From Raillietiella orientalis (taxonomy: Eukaryota): a stretch of 64,000 nucleotides of DNA. The notes beneath the pieces were generated by a model. It saw nothing but the letters and a program-made list of their open reading frames with translations, did not search any database and was not told the origin of the DNA. Location of the stretch: NCBI GenBank assembly GCA_036172245.1, contig JAYWIR010000004.1:6448001-6512000 (forward strand), written 5' to 3'. The position numbers and the translations under genes were made by a program. Shown here in pieces: positions 14,400-24,599 of the stretch. Within the stretch, counting starts at the first letter, position 1. Each line of letters begins with the position of its first letter.

Positions 14400-14852
14400 A
14401 AAGTGGCAGGAGTCGGCGTTGCTGGTTCTGCATGGTGGAATCCCATGCAAAGCGCGTCGTCACCACTGGACACGGAGGAGTGTTGACGCTAAGCGACAGT
14501 TGCGGCAGGAAAAAGACCCTCCCATACCTACTGTTGGAATGTGCTACCTTCCGATCCCTTTGGAATTGCTTCGCGACGATCCTAGGAACTCCGGCGGGCG
14601 ACCCCAGGGACATTTTTAAACGCCTCTTCGCGCGTGCTTCTCTACCGCCAGCCGCGTCCCTAGCAGTTCTCTGTTGCGTCTGCGGAATCTTGGCAACCTG
14701 GAACGCGAAGAGGCCAGAATGTCAAAGACTCCATCCACTGGGCGCGAATCTTCCTGAGGACTGCCTCGAAATGGCCTCACTTGGGCATTATTTAAACGGA
14801 ACTTGCCAGCATCCTGAACAGGATGCAAAGGACGTCTAACAGCATACCGTGA
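14400..14852 (+). mobile_element. L1/Tx1-like ORF2 C-terminal fragment with decayed CCHC finger (copy B)
   Basis: SCGRKKTLPYLLLECATFRSLWNCF...PAASLAVLCCVCGILATW; homologous to 29262-29711. Confidence 0.8.
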
Positions 14853-15029
14853 TCCCTTCCTCGATTCCCTCCTTCCCCGTGTATAATTCCTCTCCCCCGT
14901 TTTGTTTGTTTATTTTTTGCTTGTGTTTTCCCTTCCCCCACGCTGCCGAAGCGGACCTCGCTGGTTCTGCGTACCACTCTTCGACAGGTTCATTACAACA
15001 TATATTTTTATTACTTTAAGTAATAAATG
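14850..15029 (+). repeat. Conserved ORF2/ORF3 spacer (copy B), ending at AATAA|ATG
   Basis: TGATCCCTTCC, U-rich tract, stem CTGCCGAAG/CTTCGACAG with inner ACC-TCGCT-GGT, CAGGTTCA, AATAAATG at 15022-15029. Confidence 0.8.
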
Positions 15030-15549
15030 CCCCAGCATAACCGGAGGATAATCATCGAAAGACGGGATTGCAAAAAAATTGCGCTTCTCCTCGCAAAATG
15101 AAGAGTGGATGGCACTGCAGAAGGGTAAAGGGTTTTCGCGTTTCGTCTTTTTCTGAGACCTACTTGTACGGAGATGACCAGCGATGCTTCATATATATCA
15201 AGCCATCAAGGCGCTCCACGCACATCAACTGCTGCACCCCTGCTTTTGTCGTATCATGGAATTTTTTACATCTATTAATATTCCAAGCTTTTATGGTATT
15301 CATAAATCAAGGCATATCCTCAATTCTCTTTCAGATATTATTATGGATGCTTTGTTTAGTGTCGAATATAATAAAAGTACATGTGTAATTAACTAATAGT
15401 GAAGGAATTAAAGCATTTTATAACTTCGTGATTCTTTTTAATTGAATTAAATCGAATATTTACATAACTTGAACTATAGAAATAAAATAATAAGAAATTA
15501 TTAAAAAAAAAAAAATGATGCTCCTATTAGTACACATGCCTAATAAAGT

Positions 15550-17072
15550 GCTACCCTGAGACCAAATGGCACCTCCGTTTGACCTCGCAAACGTACTGCA
15601 CCTGCACCCCGGTGGTGCATCATTGTGGCATCATGAATTGGGAGCTTCTGCATCAAATAGTCCTCAAAGCGAATTTCTCCGACATCATCTTGATGAACAT
15701 GTCTTGCACTGCCAGGAGCATAAGAGTTCTCACTGAATCGGTGTGCTTCTTTCGAAAAGCCTGCATCTTTGCACGCATGCTGGCAATGTTCTCGGGGAAT
15801 TGGCTGAATCCACCAGCAAGCCGGGAAGGCACATGAATGAGCGCAGGTCATCTCGGAAGTCTGGAAACGCACCGCCGCATAAGGTGAGTTCCAGGACTTG
15901 TGAATCACTCCTACTGTTGAACAACTTCACTGCAGGCTACCAGGGTGCTTCGGTTATTCTGACGGTGTAAGAAAGGTAAACTCATTTAGTTCAGAATTTA
16001 TTGGTTACCAGGACTCTAGAACAAAGTATGCAAGCCATTTCGTTTGGATGGTCCATTTGGGATTCGGAATAAGAATCCATTTGGTTTTTTTTTTTCTTCC
16101 CAATCAGTGCTTTGTGGTCTGGAAGACAAGATGACGGAAGTTTTGTATTTTGTACGTTGATGTCGTGGTAGGTTAACCAAAGAGCCCTCTAAATGTTGGG
16201 ATCCGGTGACGTTGGCGGCATCCACCTTTCCATCCTGGCTAACAAACACGAAAAATGGAGAACCTGATGGAAAAGCTTTCAACCCCATAATAGTTTGAAG
16301 AGGTACAAAAAAGTGATGGCCCATTAGAAGCGGAAGTTTGGCGTACTGGAACATCTTTCATGAAAGCTGCAACTAATGGTTTATTCTCCACGATTAATGG
16401 ACAAACAAGGAGGAGGAGAATTGCGATTAATCTTAACCTTGTATCTGGAGTCTTCCTTCTAAAAAGCCTCTTCATGAATCCCGACTTCGCAGCAAACAAA
16501 AAGCACGTCATTCATTTGTTGAAATTCAAACTCGCAAATCAAAATGCATTCTTTGAGGACAAATGATGTGATGTTGTATCAATGGGCTACCATCAAGAGC
16601 TGCTTTGCGCTATTTTCAGGTTTAGGCGGAATTTGCATTTCATCTCAACTGCTCAGTAATCGGAAGAAAGCCTAGAGATGTTCATTACATCCAAAACTAA
16701 TCTCCATTTATTGTCATTGATTCCTTCGAACCACAGAACGTTCTTAGGGTTTCGAGGATCATATTCATTCACTCTACTCTGCATCCCCTTATTTATGGCT
16801 ACCCATGAGCATCTAACGGAATATCTGTAACCAAATGGGCAGGCAACGTGTATGGTTTCCAAATTCTTGTCTTCCAGTATGCCGGTTCTTAACTCCAATT
16901 CTAGTGATTCTCGAGTTCCTTGAAGAGTGGCAGCTGAGAAGGCTGCTTGACAACATTTGGTCAACGGCATAAAAAGACTTTGAACGTTTTTTTGAGAAAG
17001 CTGATTTGGTAAGCTCTCAGTATGCAAGTGACGAACAAAAATCCTAATGAGGTCCTTGGTGATATCAGCCAT
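15550..17072 (-). pseudogene. Degenerate BTB-BACK-Kelch gene
   Basis: CAAAATG start at 17072; TIHVACPFGYRYSVRCSWVAINKGM...VLWFEGINDNKWRLVLDVM; AKQLLMVAH*YNITSFVLKEC; MFQYAKLPLLMGHHF (VRLPLL-like); Kelch-like SLVNLPRHQR. Confidence 0.65.
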
Positions 17073-17149
17073 TTTGTTTATCACCCTTAGAAAAAAAAAA
17101 CACCTCAAGAATTTTTTTTCCTGACTTTTCTTGCTCCCAGAAACTTGTG

Positions 17150-18508
17150 CACGAACACTGGTACGCAGATTAGCGTGGGCAAGTTGTATTGCAACGCGGA
17201 AACTTGTCTGCAATAGATGGGCTTCGAAGCCCACAACGGTTTACTTTGCGTTTCGATTGCATCTTACATTGGAGAAGAATCTCTTGCAGTTTTTCTTTGC
17301 CTTCATGTAACCCGCTCTCGATCTCAGTCTCATACTGAAGAACTTTGCCCTCTACAAGGATACTCCGGGTAGTGCTAAAGAGTAAAAAGATGGGCTGGTG
17401 TAATAACATTCATGACTTCCTGGTGACACCTACCACAACTTGTTCAGGAGTTCCTTAACGGGTAAGGGTAGTTTATTATTTTGGACAAAGGTATCATCAT
17501 GCTACGGTGATGCTGAGAACCGCTTGACGATGTTCCTCGACCTTCAAGAAGGGAGGCCAAATACTCGGCATGAACGAAGGCTTAATTTTTATCATTTCGA
17601 GTCTCAAGAAAGGCATTCAATTGAGAGCACTAAGAACAATTGAAGACAGGAAAGACGTTCAAGACGTTGAGAAGTTCATTCAATTCATGATTTTTTGTCT
17701 TCATACTTTTTATCATTTCCTCGAACTGCCCGACCACGTCGTTGTGGGAGAAGGAATAATCTGAAACGGGTGTTACAAGAATGGAGGAGGGGTATTCCTT
17801 GTTGAAGTGAGGACTTGATCTGGAGAGTTCTCCTCCCATGCCTCGAACCTCCGACCTTCGGCTTCTAGCTCAGGGTTTTCGACGCTGGGTCAAGCCTACT
17901 TGCTTAAGTCTCGGCTCTGCGAGGACCTCAAGATCGAAACATCTGTATACTCGAGCTTCTGCCTGGGCTCGACTGTGTAGGTTTATGCTCGGTCGTTTGG
18001 AAGATGTTCTAGCGGATTGGTTCTGTGGATGTCGGCTGCGTTGGATGTTGGGCGGTAGCATCGGCTTGCCAAGCTGGTTAGCGGAATTGCGTTGCTTTTC
18101 TGCCTCTTTCATCAGTCATCAAACTGCTTAGACTACCGTAGCTCTCGTGGACTTCTTGGCCCCTTCCAGCCTCGTCCCGTAGTTGTTTTGTGCGAGTCCA
18201 GCTTGCACGGAGAACTGCAAGCGAGCTTCCATCCTTGAGCTGCATCCGCTTCACTCCTGCATCCAGTCAAAGCTTTCCCGCATTTTTAAACACCAGTACG
18301 GAGAAGAATGTGGCGAAAAGTTGCTGGCGAAAAGTCTGCATCCGGTTGCACGCAGCGTTAGCAAACGAGAGCATCGGACAGCAGGAAGGAAGGGTTGCCG
18401 ATAGATGTTCTGAGTTTCGCATATTGGATACTCCCTTAAGCGGAACGGAGGCTTGGAGAAGCTGCCAGCTTCCGAAAACTGGATCGTCACCCGGGTGCTC
18501 CGGGACGT
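17150..18508 (-). pseudogene. ORF3 remnant: leader + BTB-BACK directly downstream of LINE copy C
   Basis: Frame opens at AATAA|ACG (18508) and reads SRSTRV...LREYP...CLKMRESFDWMQE; then LMKEAEKQ (BTB) and GQFEEMIKSMKTKNHELNELLNVLNV (BACK). Confidence 0.65.
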
Positions 18509-18713
18509 TTATTTGGTATAAAAATAAACATTTACAAAGACTGTAGTTGGATCGGTGGTCCAACCACAGGCATTTCAAAGGAGCCTTCCGTGTTACCAGT
18601 GCGCAGACCGGTGAGGTTGGCCACGACAGCAGGGGGGAAGGGACAAACAAAACGAAAAAGAAACAAGAATAAAAAATAAATAAATAAACTTGGTAGGGTG
18701 CGGGAAGGAATCA
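18506..18713 (-). repeat. Conserved ORF2/ORF3 spacer (copy C)
   Basis: Minus strand: TGATTCCTTCCCGCA, U-rich tract, ACC-TCACC-GGT, 11-bp hairpin CTGTGGTTGGA/TCCAACTACAG with a G-U pair (18541-18569), AATAAACG. Confidence 0.8.
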
Positions 18714-19340
18714 CGTCCTGCTGAGGGTGGTCCTCTGCATCCTTTCGAGGATGCCGGCAAGCTCTTGCTGGATGTTGTTTTTCAGGTGGGGTCATCTTGT
18801 TACCATCCTTATGAGTCTGACGGCAAAGTGGATGGCATCTTTTTCTCTCGGCCCTCCTCTTGCGTCGCTCCAGACCACTGCAATCCCGTGTAGATAGCAG
18901 AGAGCTGCAAGCGAGGCTACCGGTTCAAGAATTGGAGGGTCGTAAATAAAGGTTCCCGTCCTCCGACTGCAAGCTGGCACTGGAGACCAAACAGCTCCCC
19001 GAATCCGGTCCTCACGGTGGCAGGAGCGCTCCTGTGGCAGTGTAGAATTCCGAGGCACCTTATCTATGCACTGTCGTTCTAACATGACAAGTGACCGCCA
19101 ACAGCCTGACGTGATCACCTGTTCCGATATTCTGAGACTTCTGCAAAACGCTAGCATGTGCTGAAACTGCTCCTGGAACCGATTGCTTCCCTTCCTCACC
19201 GCTTCTAACAGCTTCTTGGAGCGTCTCGAAAGTTGGGGCTCAAGAAAACGAGAGTGACGCTTGCCATCTGGACTGCCACAGTAATGCAGCAGTCATCACA
19301 TCACTACTCCAGAAACACGGGATGCGATGGAAAATCCTAT
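18711..19340 (-). mobile_element. L1/Tx1-like ORF2 C-terminal fragment (copy C)
   Basis: ORF 18792-19199 contains EPVASLAALCYLHGIAVVW...KDAIHFAVRLIR. Confidence 0.8.
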
Positions 19341-19374
19341 GGCACTAACCCTCTCTGGGTAATCCTTTAGATGT

Positions 19375-19990
19375 CAAGACCGCCCTATGCACCATGGGTG
19401 CTCCACGTGGCCGGAATGCTACCTTCAGTCCTCACCAGCCTTGAACGGCGCTCTCTGTGGGCGCTTGGAGTATCCATGGAAATGGCTCCTCGAGAGACTC
19501 GAGAATTCTGCGGCCAGGAGGAAGGCCTCTATTGTATGGGACCCAGTTGGCGTTCTCTCCCCTTTGACACACCCTAGCGTGCCTTTTGGAGTCTACGAAT
19601 GGGGACCGGATAGCCAAGGAGTGACTTGAGCGGATATTTGAAAGCATTCAGGCAGCAATGCCTAAGACCTATCTCTCGAAGATCTTGAACAACCCAGGAA
19701 TGCACATGCAGGATGGACTGCACAAGATGGGGAACCAGAATTCCGTGAGCCTTCATGGCTGCTCGTAAGCGTGCTCCCTAGGCAACCTAGGAAAGAACGG
19801 GCTTGGTTTCTTCTCCTGAATGACGCGAACTCAGGCATTGCCAACCCTATCGTGACACTAAACATGGAGGCGGAGGCTTTTGGTTTCGTGGCAACAAGAG
19901 GCCCTCTGGAGGTAGCTTGCCTTCCTCTCGCTTGCAACGATGAGGGAGAAAAAGACTCCATCGCTCCGCCTCCACCCTCTATGCTCTCAA
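19375..19990 (+). pseudogene. ORF3 remnant: leader + BTB N-half
   Basis: Leader CGRLEYPWKWLLERLENSAARRKASIVWDP, then AQDGEPEFREPSWLLVS...IVTLNMEAEAFGFV. Confidence 0.5.
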
Positions 19991-20450
19991 ACTGACTCTC
20001 CCTCTCGTGCCTTGAGAGTGCCACACTCGACCCAGCCGTTCCCTACGGAGAATGAGGTGATAGTTATGAACTGCACAAACCTAAAGAGTTCACTTTCCAC
20101 CAAGAAGGAAAGACGATCAGCATCTCTGGAAGCCACCCCTTGCAGAAAACGCTTTTGCTGCTCGAGAATGAGAAATGGATGCAGCGATTCATTGTATGCT
20201 GCGCAGCATCCTCGTGTGCCGTTCCCATGGGTGGAGAGGGAACACGAGGATGTGAGAAAGGGAAGGGAATGTCCAATGGATCCACACAGTCGAGGTTTTC
20301 CTCCTATCCGCAGAATTCTCGAGGCGGCTGGGAGCCATGTCCATGGATACTCCACACGTCCACAGTGAGCGCCGACCAAGGCTGGTGGAGACGGTGTCTT
20401 TGTACAGGTTCCTCAGCGACTCTTTGCGGCAGAACTAGCTTCCATGGTGC
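19990..20450 (-). pseudogene. ORF3 remnant: leader + BTB start (inverted paralog of 19375-19990)
   Basis: CGRVEYPWTWL...LENSADRRKTSTVW, then DADRLSFLVESELFRF; nucleotide similarity to 19430-19600. Confidence 0.55.
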
Positions 20451-20539
20451 ATCAATTAAGGCTCCTCGTCCGGGAGACAGATCAAAATATCCTTCAGGTC
20501 AGCTAGGGTCCATCTCCTACCCAAGAAGGGAGACCGGAG

Positions 20540-21300
20540 GTGCCTGAGCAACTGGCATTCCATCACGATCGTGAACAAGGAAGCGGATATTTGGTGCTCT
20601 CCAGGGTGTGAATTCTGCCAATAGAGCTGGAGGAATCCATAATTAACCTGGAGAGGACCTACACGGTCCCAGTTCAAAGCATGGATGACAATCTGCTCCA
20701 CGAACACACCTGGTTCGAGCTGCAGGAAGGAGAAACCATGGCCGCTATGAGGAAAAAAAAAAATTGGGGAGCTGCTACACACAGGTTTTCACCCGAGAGA
20801 GGAGCTTTGGTCGCCGCAGCGGATCTTTAAAGGGCTTTCGACTGCGTCGATCAGGAGTTGCTTCTGAAGTTGCCAGCAAGCTTCCTCAGCTGCTTACGCT
20901 TGCTAAGGCGCCAGGCGAAGGTTTCGATCTCTTCATGCCCACAGAGGGCTTCAAGGTCGCTCGAAGAGTCAGATAGGAAGAAGGTTTCTTTGATGCCGAT
21001 ACTCATCATCCCGCTCTTCGAACTGAGGCTGAGAGCGTGCCGGCGCACTCCAGCCCGTCGCCCGTCCAACTCCGATGACACGTCTGGTGCAGCCGACTAT
21101 GCAGGCGACTCTCCCCTATTAACAGAGACAAATCCCAGACGTTCTTCCCTCCATGGGTGTCGCTGGCCTTCAGGCGATCAGGCAAAAGTCGAAAAGCGTG
21201 GCGTTTGGCACAGAGGCGGACGCGCACTGGTCCTCCTTGTAATTCCTGTGGGAGAAATGCTCGATGGTGTCTCCCCTCGCGCGTTCTCCTGAAGAATGTA
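20540..21300 (-). pseudogene. Degenerate BTB-BACK remnant
   Basis: LCGHEEIETFAWRLSKRKQLRKLAGNF (BACK start) and FLQLEPGVFVEQIVIHALNW...FLQLYWQNSH...LFTIV (BACK core). Confidence 0.7.
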
Positions 21301-21699
21301 GGAAACAGAGAAGGATTAGCATTTATCTTCTCACGCAGCCGCAGGCGAGGGCAAGGGGGAGGTCATCCACTTCGCCAGATCGCGTTGCTGACGGAAGAAA
21401 ACGAGTGGATTTCCTGACGTCCACCGAACAGGAATGCCTAGCAGCAGGATTCACGGGGAATGTGACTGCGCGTGGGTAGTCCAACCCTCGTGAACAGCAA
21501 CGCCATCAGTCGTCTGGAAAAAAACCTCCTTGAAGGGATGCGAGACGACATTGGCCCAAGTCCCAGATCCCGGAGCGCGACTATTGAGGACTCATGGAGT
21601 CCACTGCTTCAACGTTGGGTGGATCAGGAGGAATAGGATGCGTCTGCAGCGTGGGAGGTGACCTACCTTCATCTCCCAAAGGCCGTGCGAGGACATCAA

Positions 21700-22400
21700 A
21701 TCCACTGGTCATTGGGAATTCTTTCTCCTAGGCAACGAGGCCACTCCAAAAGTTCCAGCTCAGGGTATCCAAAGATGGCTGAAGTCTCCGGGGATTCCCC
21801 GGAAGGAATTTCCAGATCTCGTGCTTTCTGGTGGATGCCTCCATCCTCCCACTCCCATACCACTCCCAAACCACCGTCTTGCTGTTGCACTGCGCCCTCC
21901 CCCGAAACGAGGGACCGCCACCACTCCTTAGTGGGAAAGCGCCCAAGGGACGCTCCAATGCGGGACAGTGGGGGAAAACTCCCGCACGTGCTTCGGGAAT
22001 GTGGAAGGCTGCATCAGGGGTGAAAGAGCATCGCTGAAGCACTTCGGTTCCACGGTGCCGCCCCAGAAAACCTCTTCAGAGGTATGTTCACTTCTCCGGG
22101 CTTGCTGGTCGTCTCGACGGCAGCGATGCTCCGCCCCATACGAGCAACGGCGGGAACCGCGAAAATGGGAAGAGGGGGAGGAATGAAGCCGATATTCCGG
22201 AGATCCTCTTGCAATCGCCTTCTCCTTCATGTGAAGAGCAGAGAGATGGCCCACTCCGGGATCCGAACTACCAGGGCAGGGAAGCATGGTATTCTTGTTG
22301 GCAGACTGACTCCAAACCCGTGAGACTCCCCCCTCCCTCCATTCCGACCCTTCTCTGACCGATGTAACTCCTCGGGAATCAAAGTCAAATACCTCAAGTC
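21700..22400 (+). pseudogene. ORF3-like remnant: leader + BTB (tandem unit 1)
   Basis: Leader GYPK...RAFWW; FGNVEGCIRGERASLKH and LFRGMFTSPGL (typical BTB F-R-x-M-F-T). Confidence 0.6.
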
Positions 22401-22419
22401 CGATGCACCCCATTCCCTA

Positions 22420-22572
22420 TCTGTCTTTATCTATTGTGCAGATTCCTGTCTCGAGACTTCTCCCCAGTTCTGTCCCTACGAGAGCGGCCCTTTTGGGTTC
22501 GGCCCGATACACATATAGGTCCTTCTCCGTCTGTGACTGTGATTTGATCGATTGATTTATTTTAAATAAATG
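22420..22572 (+). repeat. Type-2 spacer ending at AATAA|ATG
   Basis: CTTCTCCCCAGTTCTGTCCCTACG...GCCC...GATTTATTTTAAATAAATG; similar to 23200-23352 and 26200-26360. Confidence 0.7.
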
Positions 22573-23170
22573 GCCCAGTCATTTGGGATGAGAGGTCCCT
22601 AAGAGAGGCCTGAGGAACGAAGCCTCACCCAGAGGCCTCGCTCGGCTCGCGCAAGGATGCACCGAGTCCTGAGGGATCCTCCGCGGAAGTGTCGAGATCC
22701 TTGCTTACCGGAAGACACCTTTGTGCTCCCTCCTCTTTACCAGCAGGCTGCAACCGGCAAGGTCGCAACCTTGCCGGTGCAATGCAGTCTACCAGGGGAG
22801 AGTGCCCGAGGGGCGCATCCACTGCGGGATAGTGACAACCCTGACTCACGTGCTGCTGGAATGCGGAAGGCTAGTGCCGGGGTGGGGGGCGCTTCCCAGC
22901 CATTGGCCGAAGCGCTCCCCGATGCCTCCCTCCAGGTCTGCTTGAAAAAAAAAAGACTCGCTTCTTCGGGCTGATTGGCTGCTTTCTCTCTGGCGATGCT
23001 CTGCCGCGTTGGGTGGCTGCCCGGAGGGAGCGGCCGTCGTCCCGGGAAACTGCTCACAGCCGCCATCCATCCCTTGAGCTTCCTTGCGTGCGGTGCGACG
23101 AGATGGGTGGCCGCTGCTGGGATGTGAAGTTGAAGGCCTCAGGGCGATCATGGCTAGGCTAGATCGAAAC
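22570..23170 (+). pseudogene. ORF3-like remnant: leader + BTB (tandem unit 2)
   Basis: ATG at 22570 (MAQSFGM); GVGGASQPLAEAL..SLQV ~300 nt later; AAFSLAML; LRAVRRDGWPLLGC. Confidence 0.45.
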
Positions 23171-23199
23171 CCATGGCAGCTTCCCGTTTCCCCATTTGG

Positions 23200-23352
23200 G
23201 GCTAATCCAACCCAGCCTCTATTTGCTTACCGACCTTCTTTCCCTTCCTTCCTTGCCCTTCCTGGTTGTGCCCCTAGCCTTATTCGGGCCCTTCCACCTC
23301 CGGCCGGCACACGTTTTCCCTTTCCTTCCTATTCATTTATTGTAAATAAATG
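23200..23352 (+). repeat. Type-2 spacer ending at AATAA|ATG
   Basis: CTTCCTGGTTGTGCCCCTAGC...GCCC...ATTTATTGTAAATAAATG. Confidence 0.65.
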
Positions 23353-23778
23353 GCCGAGAAATCCAAAATGAGAAGGAGACCTCTCGGAGTGGAACCCCAT
23401 CCACCCCGGAGGTTATCGGAGCACTCTCACCCCACCGCTGTCCCGGAATGCCGGACGTTCTGGAGTAGTGCTCCCACGGATTCTGCGCGCGTTAGCCCTC
23501 CCTTACGGTGCCTCCGAGGAGGAACGACCCTGCCTTCGAGCCACGCCCCCTTCTCCTCACTTTCCGTTGCCGAGCAGTCGCCGGACCTCGGACTGAATCA
23601 GGAGTGGAAGATGCAGAGCCGCGTGTTCCGCTATCCTCCACACACGGAAAGAACTCCTCCTGCCTCCTCCCACCAAGCCTTCCTGGTCTTAGGAACGCTC
23701 CCGGAGAGGCAATTCGTGCTTGCCGAAAGGGATGGCTGGCTCTCCGCCGTGACCTCCAGCGGGGAATGCCGTCGGTGA
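23350..23778 (+). pseudogene. ORF3-like remnant: leader reading in frame into BTB (tandem unit 3)
   Basis: 142-aa ORF from the ATG overlapping AATAAA: MAEKSKM...CRTFWS...HQAFLVLGTLPERQFVLAERDGWLSAVTSSG. Confidence 0.6.
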
Positions 23779-24599
23779 GCCTTCCATGCGGCGGCCGCCA
23801 GAGGGAAGCTGGGAAGACCCAGCGGAGGGGGTGCATCGGGTCCTCCAGGACGGAGAAGGCAGGAGCCAACTGCCAGGAAGGATGGGAAAGAGGGGGAAAG
23901 GGAGAGAGGGAGGGGGCTGCTTCCTGATTCATCCTCACGCCCGCATTTCGCCTCGCAAGTGCCCGGCTGCCTTCGGCGCCAGCAGGAGGAGAGGACGACG
24001 CCAGGGGAGCAGCATCCTTCGGAATCTTCCCACCCCCCACCGTTACCTTTCCCGTTCGGCAGTGCCCCTTCCCCTCCCTCCTCCTCTGAGGCGCGCGCCG
24101 TGGATAAGCGGCAGAGCAATCTCGCCCCGCGCCGCCACCCGCGGAGGAGCTCGCAGGGGAAGAGGGAGAACTCAGCGAGAAGCCGCGGGACGTCTCCCCA
24201 GGTCATTGGAAAGGTCGCGGGAGAGTCGGCATGCGCTGCACCTGGAAGCGGGAAGCTCATCCGCCGCCGCTGCCGCCGCCGCAGGAGCCGCTCCTTCTCT
24301 TCCTCCCCCCTTTCCCGGAGATTGCGGAGCAGGAGTCAAAGGGGAGGAGGCGGACGTCCTTCTTCCGGAGGATGTCGCCGCTCTCGAATGTTCACGGCAC
24401 CATCTCCGCCGCGTGCCCGTGGCGGCGCGGCGTAGGAGAACGTGCCTTCTTCGGAGGCGTCTCCAGGGATTCGGGAGAGGGTAACTCCGGCAGGAGGTGG
24501 AGGAAGACGAAACGCAGCCTCTCTCGTCCGCCATCCTCTTCCCAGTCTCCCACCCCTCTCTTGTTTCCGTGCCTGGAAGGGAGCGGTCGCAGCCTCTCC

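Noticed and set aside
14940..14990. HDV-like ribozyme suggested by CCTCGCTGG
   Set aside because: I could not build the P1/P2/P1.1 nested pseudoknot; it folds as simple nested stems.
16016..16511. Mononegavirus L-protein (EVE) similarity of HHFFVPLQTIM
   Set aside because: No RdRp motifs; the context reads as the BACK-domain end of a BTB protein.
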